Assembly (NCBI GenBank): GCA_965112155.1
Contig: OZ218112.1
Origin: Podarcis liolepis
Taxonomy: Eukaryota
DNA length: 64,000 nt
Strand: one strand, 5' to 3'
Part shown: positions 1-13,459 of the stretch, piece after piece
Position numbering within the stretch: the first letter of the stretch is position 1
Layout of the letters: the number at the start of each line of letters is the position of its first letter
The notes under the pieces: model-generated
What the model was told of the DNA's origin: nothing
Databases searched by the model: none
The model's input: only the letters and a program-made list of their open reading frames with translations
Program-made: the position numbers and the translations under genes

Positions 1-328
1 ATTCTCTCTCACTTTCCCCTTACCTTAAAAAGTCCAATCCATTGGGCAAAACTGGTTTGATGTGCAAGACCACCTAATAGTCCACCCCACATTTGCCAGA
101 ATATGATTGAATCCCAGCCTCAAATAGCAGTTGTCTGGAAGCACCCTACCTGCCACACACGGAAACTGATTGTGTGAAGACTTTTAACTTAGCTTTGAGA
201 CAATGGTTCATTTTGAAGAGAGTCAGCAGTAGCAGAGATTTCTTAGGTGCTTTCCAAGATGTTCCAGGTGAAAAGGCCCTAGTGCATCCTATGTGCTCTT
301 CCTGAACACCTGGATTAATTTTCAGCTG

Positions 329-376
<48 letters not shown>

Positions 377-385
377 CGCACACAC
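329..385. repeat. (AT)n(AG)n(CA)n compound microsatellite
   Basis: Directly visible; explains the spurious ORF 146..385. Confidence 0.95.
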
Positions 386-1278
386 CTATCTATTTCCATC
401 TTACAAATGCTTCAGGGTATGCTGCTCTAATGTTGTAAAAGTTTAGTAGCTGACAAGGGCATTTTAGCTTTATATAAGGTGTGTTGTTTTTTTTGCCTTC
501 TAAAATTAAGCTCCTCTAGAGATTTGGTTTTGAAAATGTCTGCTGTCTCCAAGGCTTCTCTATGATTATCATGCCATTCCCATCATCACCCCATCACCCC
601 CATTTGGCTATAAAACCCAGGCTCTCTTTATTGCTGGCAAAGCTGCATTCGTGTTGATCTGGCGTCTTTTTGGCAGCCACCCAGCCTACTGCCTCCCTGC
701 TAGCAAAAGGAATAATCTACATGTGTGGTTCCATAATTGCTGGTGCCAGGAAGTGTATCTGTGCAAGCATATGGACCATGCCTCTTGACCTCTAGGCCCC
801 GCCTTTTGAAAGCCCTTTCACAGCCCCTGTTGTGATCAGCCTATAGAACCTGATTGTGGAAACTGGGAATGGCTGCTCCCCACCCCACCCCCCCACTCCC
901 TTTGCGTCTGCCAACAAGCTTTGCTGGCAAGTTCCTGTGCATAAACAACAGCCAAATTTGGCTTATTATATGAGGAGCTGTGTAAAGGCCTCCTGGCCTT
1001 TTCACTTGCTTTTCATATGCACAGATATGGCATTACAGGGATACAATGTTTCCTTAGTGTTTGGATATGTTGCACAGTAGACACTTTGGGTCCTCTGGTC
1101 CTCTTGTGGGAATTCACAGAGGCTTTGCTCCAAGTAGGGATGCTTTAGAAATATTCTCCCTCTGAATATTTTCTCTGGATTTTGTAGTTCCCCCGAATTG
1201 CCTAGTTATGCTTCCAAAGTGGAAATTGGCCATTGTGATATATAGTGATACACACACACACACACACACACACACACC

Positions 1279-1536
1279 CCGTATTTTTTGCTCTATAAGA
1301 TTCACTTTTTCCCTCCTAAAAAGTAAGGGGAAATGTGTGTGCATCTTATGGAGCGAATGCAGGCTGCGCAGCTATCCCAGAAGCTAGAACAGCAAGAGGG
1401 ATCGCTGCTTTCGCTGAGCAGCGATCCCTCTTGTTATTCTCGCTTCTGAGATTCAGAATATTTTTTTCTTGCTTTTCTCTCCCAAAAACTAGGTATGCCT
1501 TATGGTCTGGTACATCTTTTAGAGCGAAAAATACGA
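1279..1536. mobile_element. Tc1/mariner-superfamily MITE, family A (CCGTA termini, Tc2/pogo-like)
   Basis: TIRs ccgtattttttgctctataaga / tcttttagagcgaaaaatacga, followed by TA. Internal palindrome caagagggatcgctgct..agcagcgatccctcttg. Second copy at 12427-12648 in the opposite orientation. Confidence 0.85.
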
Positions 1537-1546
1537 TATATATCTA

Positions 1547-1882
1547 CCGTGGTGCCCCGCAAGAATAATGCCTCGCAAGACGGAAAACTCGCTAGACGAA
1601 AGAGTTTTCCGTTTTGGAGGTGCTTCGCAAAACGAATCTCCTATGGGCTTGCTTCGCAAGACGACAATATCTTGTGAGTTCCTGCTGGGGTTTTTTCCTC
1701 CCCCCCCCTTTTCTAAGCCGCTTATCAGCTGATCCGATCAGCAGATAAGCCGCTAAAAGCCGCTAATAGCGCTAATAGCGCTAATCCGCCAATCCGTCAA
1801 TGGGCTTGCTTCGCAAGACAAAAAAACCGCTAGACGAAGAGAATCACAGAACGGATTCTTTCCGTCTTGCGAGGCACCACTG
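1547..1882. mobile_element. Tigger/pogo-like MITE, family B
   Basis: TA-[c(c)gtggtgccccgcaaga ... tcttgcgaggcaccactg]-TA, with many internal cgcaagacg and gccgctaa subrepeats. Related copy at 50783-51061. Confidence 0.9.
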
Positions 1883-1904
1883 TATATATCTCAACAACAA
1901 AATC

Positions 1905-1958
1905 TAAAGCACAATAGTTTTGTAAACAGCTTAAAGCACAACAGTTTTGTAAACAGCT
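1905..1958. repeat. 27-bp tandem duplication
   Basis: taaagcacaa(t/c)agttttgtaaacagct x2. Confidence 0.9.
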
Positions 1959-4900
1959 TTGCACATGATGCATTATTTGCATCTTTCCCTCCCTCAGAAT
2001 TATCAACATGCAGCTGCAGTTTTTCACTAACATCCTAAGTGCAGATGCACCTCCTCTTCCTACATCAGGTGGAGCCTCTCTGCATGCATATGCTGGTGAT
2101 AAGCTCACTAAAATTTGCTTTTCTCTTACAGCAGATGTTGGAAAGTTGTTTCAGCTCAAGTGCTGCCTTCCATTTCGGGCAGCTTTCTAGGAGACACATG
2201 CCAGTGTTGGGCAGGGCCAGAGGCAAAAGTGGGTGGAGCAATGAATGCAGGTGTTGACTTTGAACAATAGGCAAGTTTCATCACACACCCCATCTCTTTC
2301 CTCAACTCCAGGCATGTGCAAATTATAAGTGTTGATGTGAATGTATAAATTATTACTATTCTTTGAAGAGAAACACAATACATCTCACCCTAGCAGGAAA
2401 AGGCTGTGCCCAGGGGAAGTTTGTGCCTGCTCAAGTCTGCTGTCTAGGTGCTGACTGTTAATTGGCAACATCAAGCTAAATTCCTTCCTATGGTTCATTA
2501 TCTTTAATCTTGACTTGGACAAGGCAGCCCAGGCAGGACTTCTCTATTTGAAGGGTTTTTGGTCCAAGTCCATTAGAAGGGAGAACAGGGGCCTTGAAGC
2601 TGCTCATCAGCAAAACTAGGGAGCAAACTCTATGGTTTCTTCTGCTCCTCTTGAATTTTGGTTCAGTTGGGAGATTTATTATTAGGATTAGTTCTGGAAT
2701 CAAAGTTTGCTTGGTTTGCTACAACTTCAGTTCATTTGTATCTCTTTCTCCCAGAACTTACATCCCTACTATATGGATGCAAATGTGTGTAGCAATTGTG
2801 GTTAGTGCCCATTGGGACTGGTAGAGAAGAAGATAGAGAGCCCAACAGTAGGTGGAACCAGAGTCATTGACAGGGGCAGCTGGAGCAAACAACCAGCAGA
2901 GCTAACAAATTCTAGTTTTGCCCCCATCTTCTGGTCCTACAAGAGCAACATCGAGACCAGGGAGGAGGAAGCTGACAGGCAGTGCTGCCAGCTCCTGGTC
3001 TCATTACAAGTAAGATGATAAGCATTTGGGTGTTGACTGGTGGCAGACTGGGGTCAGTGAGGCAGTGCCCCATTTGCCCTCATGGACTAGCCTCCATTGC
3101 ATTGACAAAACACTACTAGAAAGAAATATTGATGCAGTAGTGTCTCTTTTGTGCATTATTTTATTCAGGTAATGACTGCAGACTTCCCACATGCATCTGG
3201 TTGGCCTCGTGAGAGCAGAATGCTAGACCAGGTGGGCCTTTGGCCTGATCTAGAGGGGGCTCTTTTTTCCTCCATTATTTTGACACAGGTCTCTGGATCC
3301 TGTAGTTAATTAAGCATTTCTGGAAAGTTCTCCAGAACTCTTGGTCTCATGGAACTCATTTGATAGTAAGGGAATGGAGGTCCTAGTGTTCCAGATCTAT
3401 TAAATGCAGATCTATTAAACATGACAGAGATCACAGATCTATAGTACGGATCTTTCAGAAGACTCTGTGTACTTATTTTCAGATGAAGGGCCATATTTTT
3501 ATCCAGGCAATCTTCCAGGGCCCAGATGCTAGTTCTGGATGGGGTCATAGGGCAAAAGTTGGCAAAACAACCAATGCATTGTTTCCCTTTGCATAGGAGG
3601 ATAGTTTCTACACATCCATTCTACAAATGTTTTCATGTAGTGATATGTATCAGTGTCAAGGGCAAGTTTGTCCCTCTTTGCTTGTATTTTGCAGAAAATT
3701 ATTTCTCAGCTCTGAGGATAGTCCATTGTTATAGTATTAGGCCTCTCTATCCTCCATTCAAACAACCAAGAGGCAGTATCAGAACTCAAGGGCAGGTAAA
3801 AACACCCAAGGAGTTATGAAGTATAGCTGGTGAGGGATGTGGCTTGGGGAAAGTCTTCGGGGCTAAACCAAGAGGTCTAGAGGGTCACATTTAGTCTCTG
3901 GGTCTGACATTCCTAATCCCTCCTGTAAACCAACTTTATACTGAGACCACATTTACACAAAGCTGGGAATGACACTCAGTAAAATGAGCGTCCTGTTGTG
4001 TCAAAATGCTTATGAAGTGCTGAGTGTTTCATTTTCAGGTAGAACTCTGAATGATTCATAGTTTATCTTCACTTTCATTCCTTCCCCACTCCTAAGCAGG
4101 AGGCCCGGACTCTTACCTTCCTTTTAAAAAAGAAAGTAGTTCAATTCAACATTTAGCAAGAAACTTGAAAAGCAAAATGTGGAGGCAACATTCTATGACT
4201 AATTAGGTAGATCCAGATTCACTGCTGTTGCTAAAGATGCTTAATCACTATCAGAAGTAAAGAATGAGGGAATATCCTGTGTCTTTGCTTGCAGTGAGAA
4301 GTACATGTACAGGAGCAAGACGAATGGTGCCTTGTGCCTTTAACAGCAGTGTGGCTGGCACAAATTAAACAGAGGAAGTCTTGCCTAGTATGAAAATGCA
4401 ATTATGGGGAAAGTGTCACCAGCTGATATTCTATCTGTCAAACATTTTATTACTTGTGCTTGGCCCCAATTTACTTTTGGACTCTATACTTCACCAAAGC
4501 AACTTGTACTATTCTGAAAGCTGGAGGATGAACTTTTTATGAACTAAACAGTTCATTTGGATGTACTTGAGCAGAAGTAATTCATGGGGGGGGGGATCAA
4601 ACTTGAATTGGAATTAGTTCATTTTTAAAATGAATTTTTCAAGCACTGGGTTTGATGCTTATAAAACAGGAACTCTGAAACATTCCACCCCCAGGGCCCA
4701 CTTGAAAGAACTAAAAATGCCTTAAGGTCCACCAGTCACAAGATATCAGTGCAAGGCAGGAAACAGTAACAAGATCAGGGCAGCGCCTGGCATAATTAAC
4801 AGGCAACTACTGAGACCATTTTCTATTGATATAAAACCCTTATTTGGAAATTGCTAAATTCATTGCCACAGTGCCTTGTGGCAGGGAGTACCACAGTGCA

Positions 4901-5324
4901 ACTTGTTGAAGGCTATCTGTTAGAACTGTGGAGTCAAGTGAAGTCTTTCTGAAGAGATTGTCTGAGAAAGAAGCTGGAGAATTGCCAAACTTTGGAACTC
5001 AAAGGACCCTATCAGCTGCAGGAGTCTGGAAGTGACTGAAGTTAGGACTTGACAAGTACTTTGAAGTAAAGAACTCTCTCTGGGCTCAGTTATAAAACTA
5101 GTTGTAACATCAGTAAATAGTGTTTGTATGCACAGAGGTTGATGTTGGCGTAGTAAAGACAGCTCTTTTCTGTGGTGAGCTTAACCACTTGACTGAGCTT
5201 CCTCAGCTCACACACCAAACAACACCAACAACAGGAAATAGGGACTCCCATTTGCCATAAGATTTCCATGTGATTCTTTCATGAAGCAAGCATTAGTTAT
5301 ACCCCTATTCATACCATTTTAAAT

Positions 5325-5870
5325 GTTTATTTATTAAATTTGTTAGTCAACTTATTTTGCCCAAGGCGGCTCAAAGTGACTTACAACCAACCAACTAGCC
5401 CCCCCCCATAGATAGATTAAAACTGGGGTGGGGGTGTTACATTGAAAACATCCCACTCACTTCTAAAAGGTCACATGTAGTTAAATGCCAAAGATCTGGT
5501 TACATAGGAAACTTTTTGTCTGCTGCCTAAAGATAGATAATGATGGCACCAGGTGAGCCTCTCTGGAACATTTCACAAATGGGGAGCCACTGCAGAATAG
5601 GTCCATTCTCACGTTGCCACCCTTTCATGGAAGGGGCACTCAAAGAAGGGCATCAGATGGTGATCACAGGGTTGGTTCATATGGCGAGAGGTGGTCCTTG
5701 AAGTACTGTGGTCCTGAGCTATTTAAGCTTTTATAGGTGAGAACCATAATTTTGAATGGGGCCTGGAAACTAACTGGTAGCCAGTGATGTTATATGCTCA
5801 AACTGTCTGCTGAATTCTGTACCAGCTGAAGTTTCTGAACTGTCTTAGGAGGCAGCCCTACATATAATGC
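5325..5870 (-). mobile_element. Old L2-clade LINE 3' fragment
   Basis: Reverse complement resembles the degenerate L2 ORF2 end and 3' tail (gtaagtcactttgagccgcc...aataaa). Boundaries approximate. Confidence 0.6.
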
Positions 5871-5878
5871 ATGTATAC

Positions 5879-6208
5879 TGAAATATACTCAGAGTCACAA
5901 AGTGATTTCATGCTCTTTATTCAGCTCATAGTGGTGAGGAGGAATGAATGAATGTCCCCTCAAAGTATCTGCTTTATATACATTATTTACACAATGGGCT
6001 GCACATGATTGTCTAATTCTGGAATTCTACTGTAAGCCAATCAGGTTGTGGATTCACTTATATCTGGAGCATGATTGGGCGGTTCCTGCCAACCAATCAT
6101 ACTGCTGCATTGTTCTAGGACCAATCAGACTGCTGCATTCTGAATCCTATTGTTCTAGGACCAATCAGACTGCTTCAGTTTGGATCCTATTCAACTCAGT
6201 ACATAACA
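5879..6208 (-). mobile_element. Solo LTR
   Basis: TG...CA termini with a perfect 5-bp TSD TATAC (5874-5878 / 6209-6213). AATAAA and TATATAAA on the minus strand, clustered CCAAT boxes, internal duplication attgttctaggaccaatcagactgct x2. Confidence 0.85.
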
Positions 6209-6458
6209 TATACTATTTCATGGAATTCTAGGCAGGTTCAGGATGTGTGATAAAGCTCTCTGAACTACATGGCAGCAGTCTGGGCTCTGTAGAGGATGCA
6301 TACAGACAACTGGGCTACTGCAGGCTGAGGTATTTTTCTTTCTCACTCCAGTGTAGCCTGATTGTCTGTATCACCCTGCCAGGTTGCAGGCAGAATTTTA
6401 CCATGCATTAGGTGCAAAAAGGGTCTTAAAAATGTGTGATAAATATGTTCACCTACAC

Positions 6459-6868
6459 TAAGGATGGGGGAGAAATGTGATACAGTTCACATTTAAAGGC
6501 ATATCTACCTAATTCTCAGTTATCAAAACAGTACGCGGACTGAAACACAGCCATTGAAATGCACACTTTCCTGAATTTTGCAATGCAGTTTTTCAACTGA
6601 ATAATGTGTACAAAAAAAGGGCTTTTGTCCTAGGGGAAACTGTGCATAAATGCATATTGTCATGAAAGTAACAGGCAAAATTGCATTATATTGCTTGCAA
6701 AATATGAACTTTAGGCAAAATCACATTAAAAAATGTGTGTATTAAGAGAAATGCACACACTGATGGATTTCCATGAGGATATATCTGCATATCAAACTGC
6801 TGTAGCTAGGTGGAGAACTCATCTTAATGCTGGAAAAATGAGAAACTGGACAGATTTGCCCATCTCTA
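6459..6868. mobile_element. Old AT-rich non-autonomous hAT-like element (TAGGGATG TIR family)
   Basis: ta(a)ggatgggg ... cccatctcta termini; homologous to copies at 16124, 16876, 25436, 42817, 43409 and 58413. Confidence 0.7.
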
Positions 6869-7894
6869 GCTACCACTGCCAGACTCTTGGTTTGGCAACG
6901 TGGATAATTGTGGAAAGCTGCTAGTTGGGTAAATGGTTATCTGTGTTCACTCCCTGAAGAAAGTGCAGCATGAGAGAGATTTCCTGGGACTGTGAGTGTG
7001 TGGCAAAATCAGCTGGCTCAAACATTAGTATGTGCAGTTCCTTTTGAAAACACACACACACACACACACACCCTCCAAATTAGCCGACCCTCATAAAACA
7101 TCTTGGTGTATTTTTGTTTTTGCTGTTCCACCCTCTCCACTGTTCTCACAATGCTTCATTCCATCCCCCTCCCCTAGCAGCCATTGCCACACGCAGCTTG
7201 CTGTATGGGGACTCCATTAATCCTACATTTCCTAGATGGTATCTAAGTCACAGTGGGTTTCCACAGAAATTAATTTGTCCTGACAACAGGCCTAAAGATT
7301 GGAGTCCGGGGATCGCTTGGCATATTCCCTTTTAAACCGAGGACAATAATAAACAGAAGGCTGATAAGGACAGTTCTTAAAGACCACACAGAGAAGCGGC
7401 CTTGAACAGACTTTACTCATTGGGTATTGGTGGATCTGCCTGATAATTGCCACGCCAAAAGCTCTGTGTTTGAAAGGAGAACAAGCAGCCTGGATTTATG
7501 TGCGGTTTCAGTACAACAGCAGCAGGTTGAACAAACAGAAACTCAGAATGTAAATTTCTTGCTATTTTAAGGTGTAAAATAATTTTCAAAACTTATATTG
7601 GAAGCCTGAAGAGAAGAGCTTATTCTCTTTTCCTTGTGGGGGCTGTATTTTTTTATTTTTCAAATGCCTTGCAGTTTACACGTTTTTCAATTTTTATCAG
7701 AACATTGGTCTAGATAATTTTCCCCGAGGCAGCCAAATCACACAAAATATGGAATTAAGAAATTCCACAGGTCCTGGGTCCAACATGCAGAGATTTACAG
7801 CAAATACTATTTATTTGAGTCATTCCTGTTTAATTTTTTTTATTTTATTTTTTACTCTATCTGATCCTGGAGGATCTGAGTGGGTAACAATCTA

Positions 7895-7896
<2 letters not shown>

Positions 7897-7936
<40 letters not shown>
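7897..7936. repeat. (GT)n microsatellite
   Basis: Directly visible. Confidence 0.95.
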
Positions 7937-7937
<1 letters not shown>

Positions 7938-8860
7938 TTGTTGTATTGCAGAGGCCTAATTATTTTATTTTTCCACTTTTACCTCAGCTGTGAGGGAAAG
8001 GACCCTCAGGGTATCTTACAACAATAATGAAACAACCATTGTAAACAATAAGGTCATTAAAGACAGAATAACTCTGGAATTGAACTACTCTGTATCATAA
8101 TGACACCCTTTTAAGCATATGGCTGCTTTAGGAATGTGTAGACATGTTTTCCATTCTTTGGTATATGGTTGAGACACACACATGCATACATTTCTATATT
8201 CCGTTTATAACTTTGCTGGGTAAATAACACTTTTCATCCCTGTGCTTATTTTTATGCAAGATGTTAATTGGGCGGATAACCCAGAATGTTTTTAATGTGC
8301 TTCTGTTTATCAATAAGGAATCCTGGCACTCTGAAGAATTGTGATTTATGAGGTTGTCAATAAAATCCATTTCAACAAATTTATGAAAACACCATCATAA
8401 TATTGTGAACAGGTTACCATATGAAGTACAAGGAATGTTGCTCAACTTTTTCACCAGTCAGGCATAGAGGATATAACCGAGAAAATGCAGAGAAGCAAAT
8501 TGAGATGGAAGCAACTGAAAAAATGGCAGAGAGTGTCTGAAAGATTCTCCCACCATCACATCATCATCATAATTGTTATTATTTTGCTAAAGTGAACATT
8601 GATTTTGCTTTTAATGAAATGACAGCTTCTCAGTACTGAGAGAGAAATAAATAACTGCCTTAAAAGCAAGGTGTTAATACATTTGGCAGGGGATGCTTTA
8701 TCTACACCTAAATTGCATAAATCAAATATTACTTTAATACACCTGATGGTGCCTTCTTTCTTGGTGAAAATTTAGCTGCATACTTTTTAAAACCATGGTA
8801 GTCTCCAACTAAAAAAAGATACAACAGAGCATAGTAGATTGCCTCACCAGCCTGCAATAC

Positions 8861-8861
<1 letters not shown>

Positions 8862-8932
<71 letters not shown>
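8862..8932. repeat. (CA)n(GA)n microsatellite
   Basis: Directly visible. Confidence 0.95.
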
Positions 8933-8942
<10 letters not shown>

Positions 8943-9194
8943 TTAGAATATCTATGTAAGTCAGATAAGAAGTAGCATTTAAGCTGTGACTCCACAGTGC
9001 CAGGGGAAGGGGAGGGAAGAAGGTAAATGATCTAAAGTGTTTGCATGGATCACTTGGAATGAATGGTCCTAATTTATTTATTTTTAATGGGTGGCTGAGA
9101 GTCACTCTGTAAGGCGTGAGACTAACTGCAGCTGCAATCATATCCCCCCAAAAAGGGAAAGCAAAATTATCAAGAGGATTGAGCAACTCCTCTA

Positions 9195-9661
9195 GGAAGA
9201 ATGGTTACATTTGGAGCTTTTTAGTTTAGAGAAAAGGCAATTAAGGGACAACATGGTATAACATTATGTGCAGATTTGAGAACATGAACAGAGAAAAGTT
9301 TCTCTCTCTTAAAAACAGTGCAAGATCTCAGGGGCATCCAATGAAACTGAATGTTGGAAGACTCAGGACAAACAAAATAAAGTTGTTTTTCCCCCACACA
9401 GTGCAAAAGATAAATAATGGGATTTGCTCCCAAAAGAGGCAGTGACCACCACCAACCCTGATGGCTGATTAGACAAATCCAGGGAGGATAAGACTATCAG
9501 TGGCTGCCAACCCTGATGGCTATCTTCTCTTTCCACTGTTGGAGGCACTATGTCTCTGGATGCCAGTTGCTGGGGATCACCTGTTGCACTCAGGTTGCCA
9601 CTGTGAGAAAAGGATGCTGGACCAGATGGACCACTGGCCTGATCCAGCAGGGCCCTTCTTA
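9195..9661 (+). mobile_element. CR1-clade LINE 3' fragment
   Basis: Degenerate CR1 ORF2 end (tttagtttagagaaaagg; ggggcatccaatgaaactgaatgttggaaga..caggacaa) and 3' UTR (gatgctggaccagatggaccactggcctgatccagcagggc). Confidence 0.75.
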
Positions 9662-9748
9662 GCCCCCCCCCCCATTTACTCCCACTGGTGATCTCCATTA
9701 GTGCCTTAGAAGTGTATTGCTCTGATTTTTTTCCACAAGTTGTCGTCG

Positions 9749-9798
9749 TCTTCTTCTTCTTCTTCTTCTTCTTCTTCTTCTTCTTCTTCTTCTTCTTC
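9749..9798. repeat. (TTC)n microsatellite
   Basis: Directly visible; explains the poly-K and poly-F ORFs. Confidence 0.95.
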
Positions 9799-10665
9799 AT
9801 ACTGTCCACTATACTGCTTTATACTGCTGGTGACTCAGGTACATGTGTAGCTGGAGCACAACAACCACCTGCCTGCAAAAAGTCTCATATTTATTACAGC
9901 AAAAACTTTTAAGAAGAAGAAGAAGAAGTAAATAACACCTTTCCCACAATTGGGTTTAAAATTAGTTTTTATGCTAAATATTAATCAATTACAGCTGGCA
10001 TGCTTTTAAAATTAAATTGTGAATGGCTGCATTTTTTATTTGTCACACTTAAAGAACTCCATTAATTGTGCCAAAGTAGAGAAGGTTGAGAGGTGGGTGA
10101 ACCACTGAATTAAAAACAAATACCCTTCATTGCTCCTCTTTCTGATTTTTGACACCGGACCAAAGTGATGTTCATGGTGCTATGGCTGAAATATGCTGTT
10201 CTATCATTCCATGCATTTCAGTGGATCAGGGGGAGCCCTCTGTAAAATAGAGTATATGGCCACCTTACTTTTGTATATTTCAAACACCCCCATTCTCACA
10301 CAAAGGCTCATTGCTTAATTCCCTGTGCACACTAGTACACACTGATGCAAACCTCCCTTCAACATTTGCTGGGTGTAGTATTCCCATTGTTTGCAATAGC
10401 CTGTCCTGTTCCAGATTCTCTGGAGCTGGTGGGTTAAGTAAGGTATTCACAAAGACCTCCTAGTTGTTTGCTTAGTTAACATTCCAGTGCATACCCTAAC
10501 CCTTTTGGCTCCATGCAAGTCAGGTGGAGAGTTAAAAATTCAATACGTGTTTCCTAGAATGCTTAATCTCCCCATGGATCCGGTGGCTGAGCTCATAGAG
10601 CAGCTGCCCCTCAAACACATTTAGCAATATATTATTATCTGGCTGGGAAGGTGGGCTATTGATGT

Positions 10666-10701
<36 letters not shown>

Positions 10702-12426
10702 ACACAAGCAAATGTGGGAAAGTGATTAATGGAGGGCCGATACCCTCAAAACAGCTCTGTCTCCAGTCAATAGGGGGAGCTTTGACCACCAAAGGGAGTG
10801 GAGAGCAACACAGTGCTATTGTCATAGGGCTCATACTAACCCCTCATTCATTTTAGTGGAGCTCATGCGGGAGACTTTCGCAGTGGATGATATAGACCCC
10901 CCTCCCTCCCCAAGCTATTAAGTGTTTCTGCATTAGGGCCAAATCAGGCATTGTTTCCCCTCCTTTTTATCCTTCCTTTCCTCTTTAGCGAACCTTTCTC
11001 TAACATGCTTTATCTATTTGACGCGTTTTATATATTTGATTAGAGTGACTTTGTATTATTTGATGCTCTGATGAGATAAACAGTCAACTTTTTGAATATG
11101 CTCCCCCCCCCTCCATTAGAATACAAGCCCATGGATGTTTCACCCTGTCTGCTTCTTCCAGTTTGATTTCCCTAGGGACTCATTATCATGCTGCTCACTC
11201 CATCCGTCACCTACACTGTTGAACTTGCTATCAAATAACCTTCAAAACATTCCTAGTTATTATGTGTCATAGGCCAGATTTATGATAAACTAACTTTGAA
11301 ACAAGCGTGAATCTTTTGGACTTTTTATTATTATTATTTTGGTTTCTCGTTAATGTTCCTTTGCGATTTCCTTGCGATTTAATTTTTAAATTGGTTAGCT
11401 TTAGTCTGCCCCTCTTTTTATGCTGGATTTCAGAAGAGAGACGACCCCCCCCACCACCACTTCTTCCCTTGCTCAAATGACTCCCCTTCTTCGATATGAT
11501 TTCATGATGATATTTAAGCTCCATGTTTTTATTACGGAATGCAAAGTGAAGTGCCTTGGCCCATTTTGGTCTCCAGAGCTCATTAGAAGGCTCAAAAGCC
11601 TTCCTTTACAGTTAAACTTTGTGGGGAAACGAAAGCAATGCAATTGTTTCTGTCACTGCCATAGACCAACTAGCACGTCAAAGGGTAGGAAGATCCTCAG
11701 TAAGCATTTTAGGCATAAGTGAAAGGGACTGTCCTTCATGTGGTAATTGAGAAACTTGAGACTGAAGCTACGGGTCAGATATGTCCTAACTGAGTACTTC
11801 TACACAGCAGCTTGGGAGGGGGACACTTAACCAAAAAAACACACAAAAAAAACCTTTTCTGGGTCCTCTCAAATAACCATAGCTGTCAACATTTCCCTTT
11901 TTAAAAAGGTAAATTACCTTATTCCGAATAGGATTCCTCGCAAGAAAAGGGAGAAGTTGACAGCTATGCAAATAACTCAAGAAATCATTACTGCATGAAG
12001 ACCTCAGAGATGTATTTTGTTAGAGAGCACCAGGGCTATTTCCCCCAGAGTTCTCTAGTAGGCAGTCCAAGAACCAGGCAGGGGGTGGGAGTCAAAGGCA
12101 AATGGGGTGGTCCATGCAGGCTGATGGTAGGCAAATAAGCATACAAAATGACAATTCTAAAATGTGCTGCAGGTTGGGTTCTTTTGCAGAGCAGTGGAGT
12201 AAGAAAAGCTAAGAGTCTGTTGAGCCCCTTCTCTGACAAAGTTGCTCGGTCTCAGACAGAGCAGCTCCACCAAGGAGAGTTTTTATATAAGACCAGCAGG
12301 AACGCTTATTTGTGTGCTCACCTTACAGTTTAAAGTAAGGTGGTCTACAAGAGGGCATTCTTTGTGCAGCCCCTAAAACGTGTAATTCCCTCCCCATAGA
12401 GGTGCATCAGATATCTTCATTATATA

Positions 12427-12648
12427 CCGTATTTTTCGCTATAAGAAGCACCAGACCACAAGACACACCTAGTTTTTGGAGGAGGAAAACAAGAAAAAAA
12501 AATATTCTGAATTTCAGAAGCCAGAACAGCAAGAGGGATTGCTGTGCAGTGATAGCTGCGCAGCCTGCATTTGCTGCATAAGATGCACACACATTTCCCC
12601 TTACTTTTTAGGAGGGAAAAAGTGACTCTTATACAGCAAAAAATATGG
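12427..12648. mobile_element. Tc1/mariner MITE family A, second copy
   Basis: TA-[ccgtatttttcgctataaga ... tcttatacagcaaaaaatatgg]-TA. Inverted relative to 1279-1536 and lacks one arm of the internal palindrome. Confidence 0.88.
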
Positions 12649-12907
12649 TAGTTTTGTCACATGCTGGAGACACACCTCTTTAACCTGACCTTTGACACCA
12701 GTATGTACACACTCACACACACACGGATCTGCCCTATTCTGTTTATTGTAATATGTTTTAACTGTTTTACTGTATTGTATTTTTAAATTGTTGCAACCTG
12801 CCCTCACGGTGAAGGATGTGTAAGAAATCTAAATAATAATAAAAAACTCCTCAGGTCACCAGCCTCTCTCTCCACCTGTGCATTATCTCAGTGACATAGG
12901 TAATAAA

Positions 12908-13126
12908 CAGGGAACCAGGCAGAGGGCCTTCTTGGTATCTGCACCCACACCATGGAACACCCTCTCATCAGATGTCAAGGAAATAAACAACTATCTGACT
13001 TTTAGAAGACATCTGAAGGCAGCCCTGTATAGGGAAGTTTTTTTAATGTTTGATGTTTTATTGTGTTTTAAATATTCCGTTGGCAGCTGCCCAGAGTGGC
13101 TGGGACAACCAAGTCAGTGGTGGCAT

Positions 13127-13159
<33 letters not shown>
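12908..13159 (+). mobile_element. L2-clade LINE 3' end with (ATC)n tail
   Basis: Encodes GTRQRAFLVSAPTPWNTLSSDVKEINNYLTFRRHLKAAL, matching the L2 ORF2 C-terminal motif RAFSvxAPxLWNxLP. Confidence 0.85.
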
Positions 13160-13183
13160 GGTAGGTATTGCAGTAAAGTGATA

Positions 13184-13404
13184 CAGTGGTACCTCGGGTT
13201 ACATACGCTTCAGCTTACAGACTCGACTAACCCAGAAATATTACCTCGGGTTAAGAACTTTGCTTCAGGATGGGAACAGAAATCGTTCTCTGGCAGCGGC
13301 AGCAGGAGGCCCCATTATCTAAAGTGGTGCTTCAGGTTAAGAACAGTTTCAGGTTAAGAACAGACCTCCAGAACGAATTAAGTTCTTAACCCGAGGTACC
13401 ACTG
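13184..13404. mobile_element. Tigger-like MITE, family C
   Basis: TA-[cagtggtacctcgggtta ... taacccgaggtaccactg]-TA, perfect TIRs; near-identical copy at 56696-56937. Confidence 0.92.
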
Positions 13405-13459
13405 TACCCCAATATACCTCCTTGCCAAGGGCACAAGGGACCCTAGATGTGCCTCTGTC

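Noticed and set aside
1547-1882. Recurrent cgcaagacg motifs resembling a CRISPR or iteron array
   Set aside because: Irregular spacing, both orientations, bounded by TIRs and a TA TSD: a MITE.
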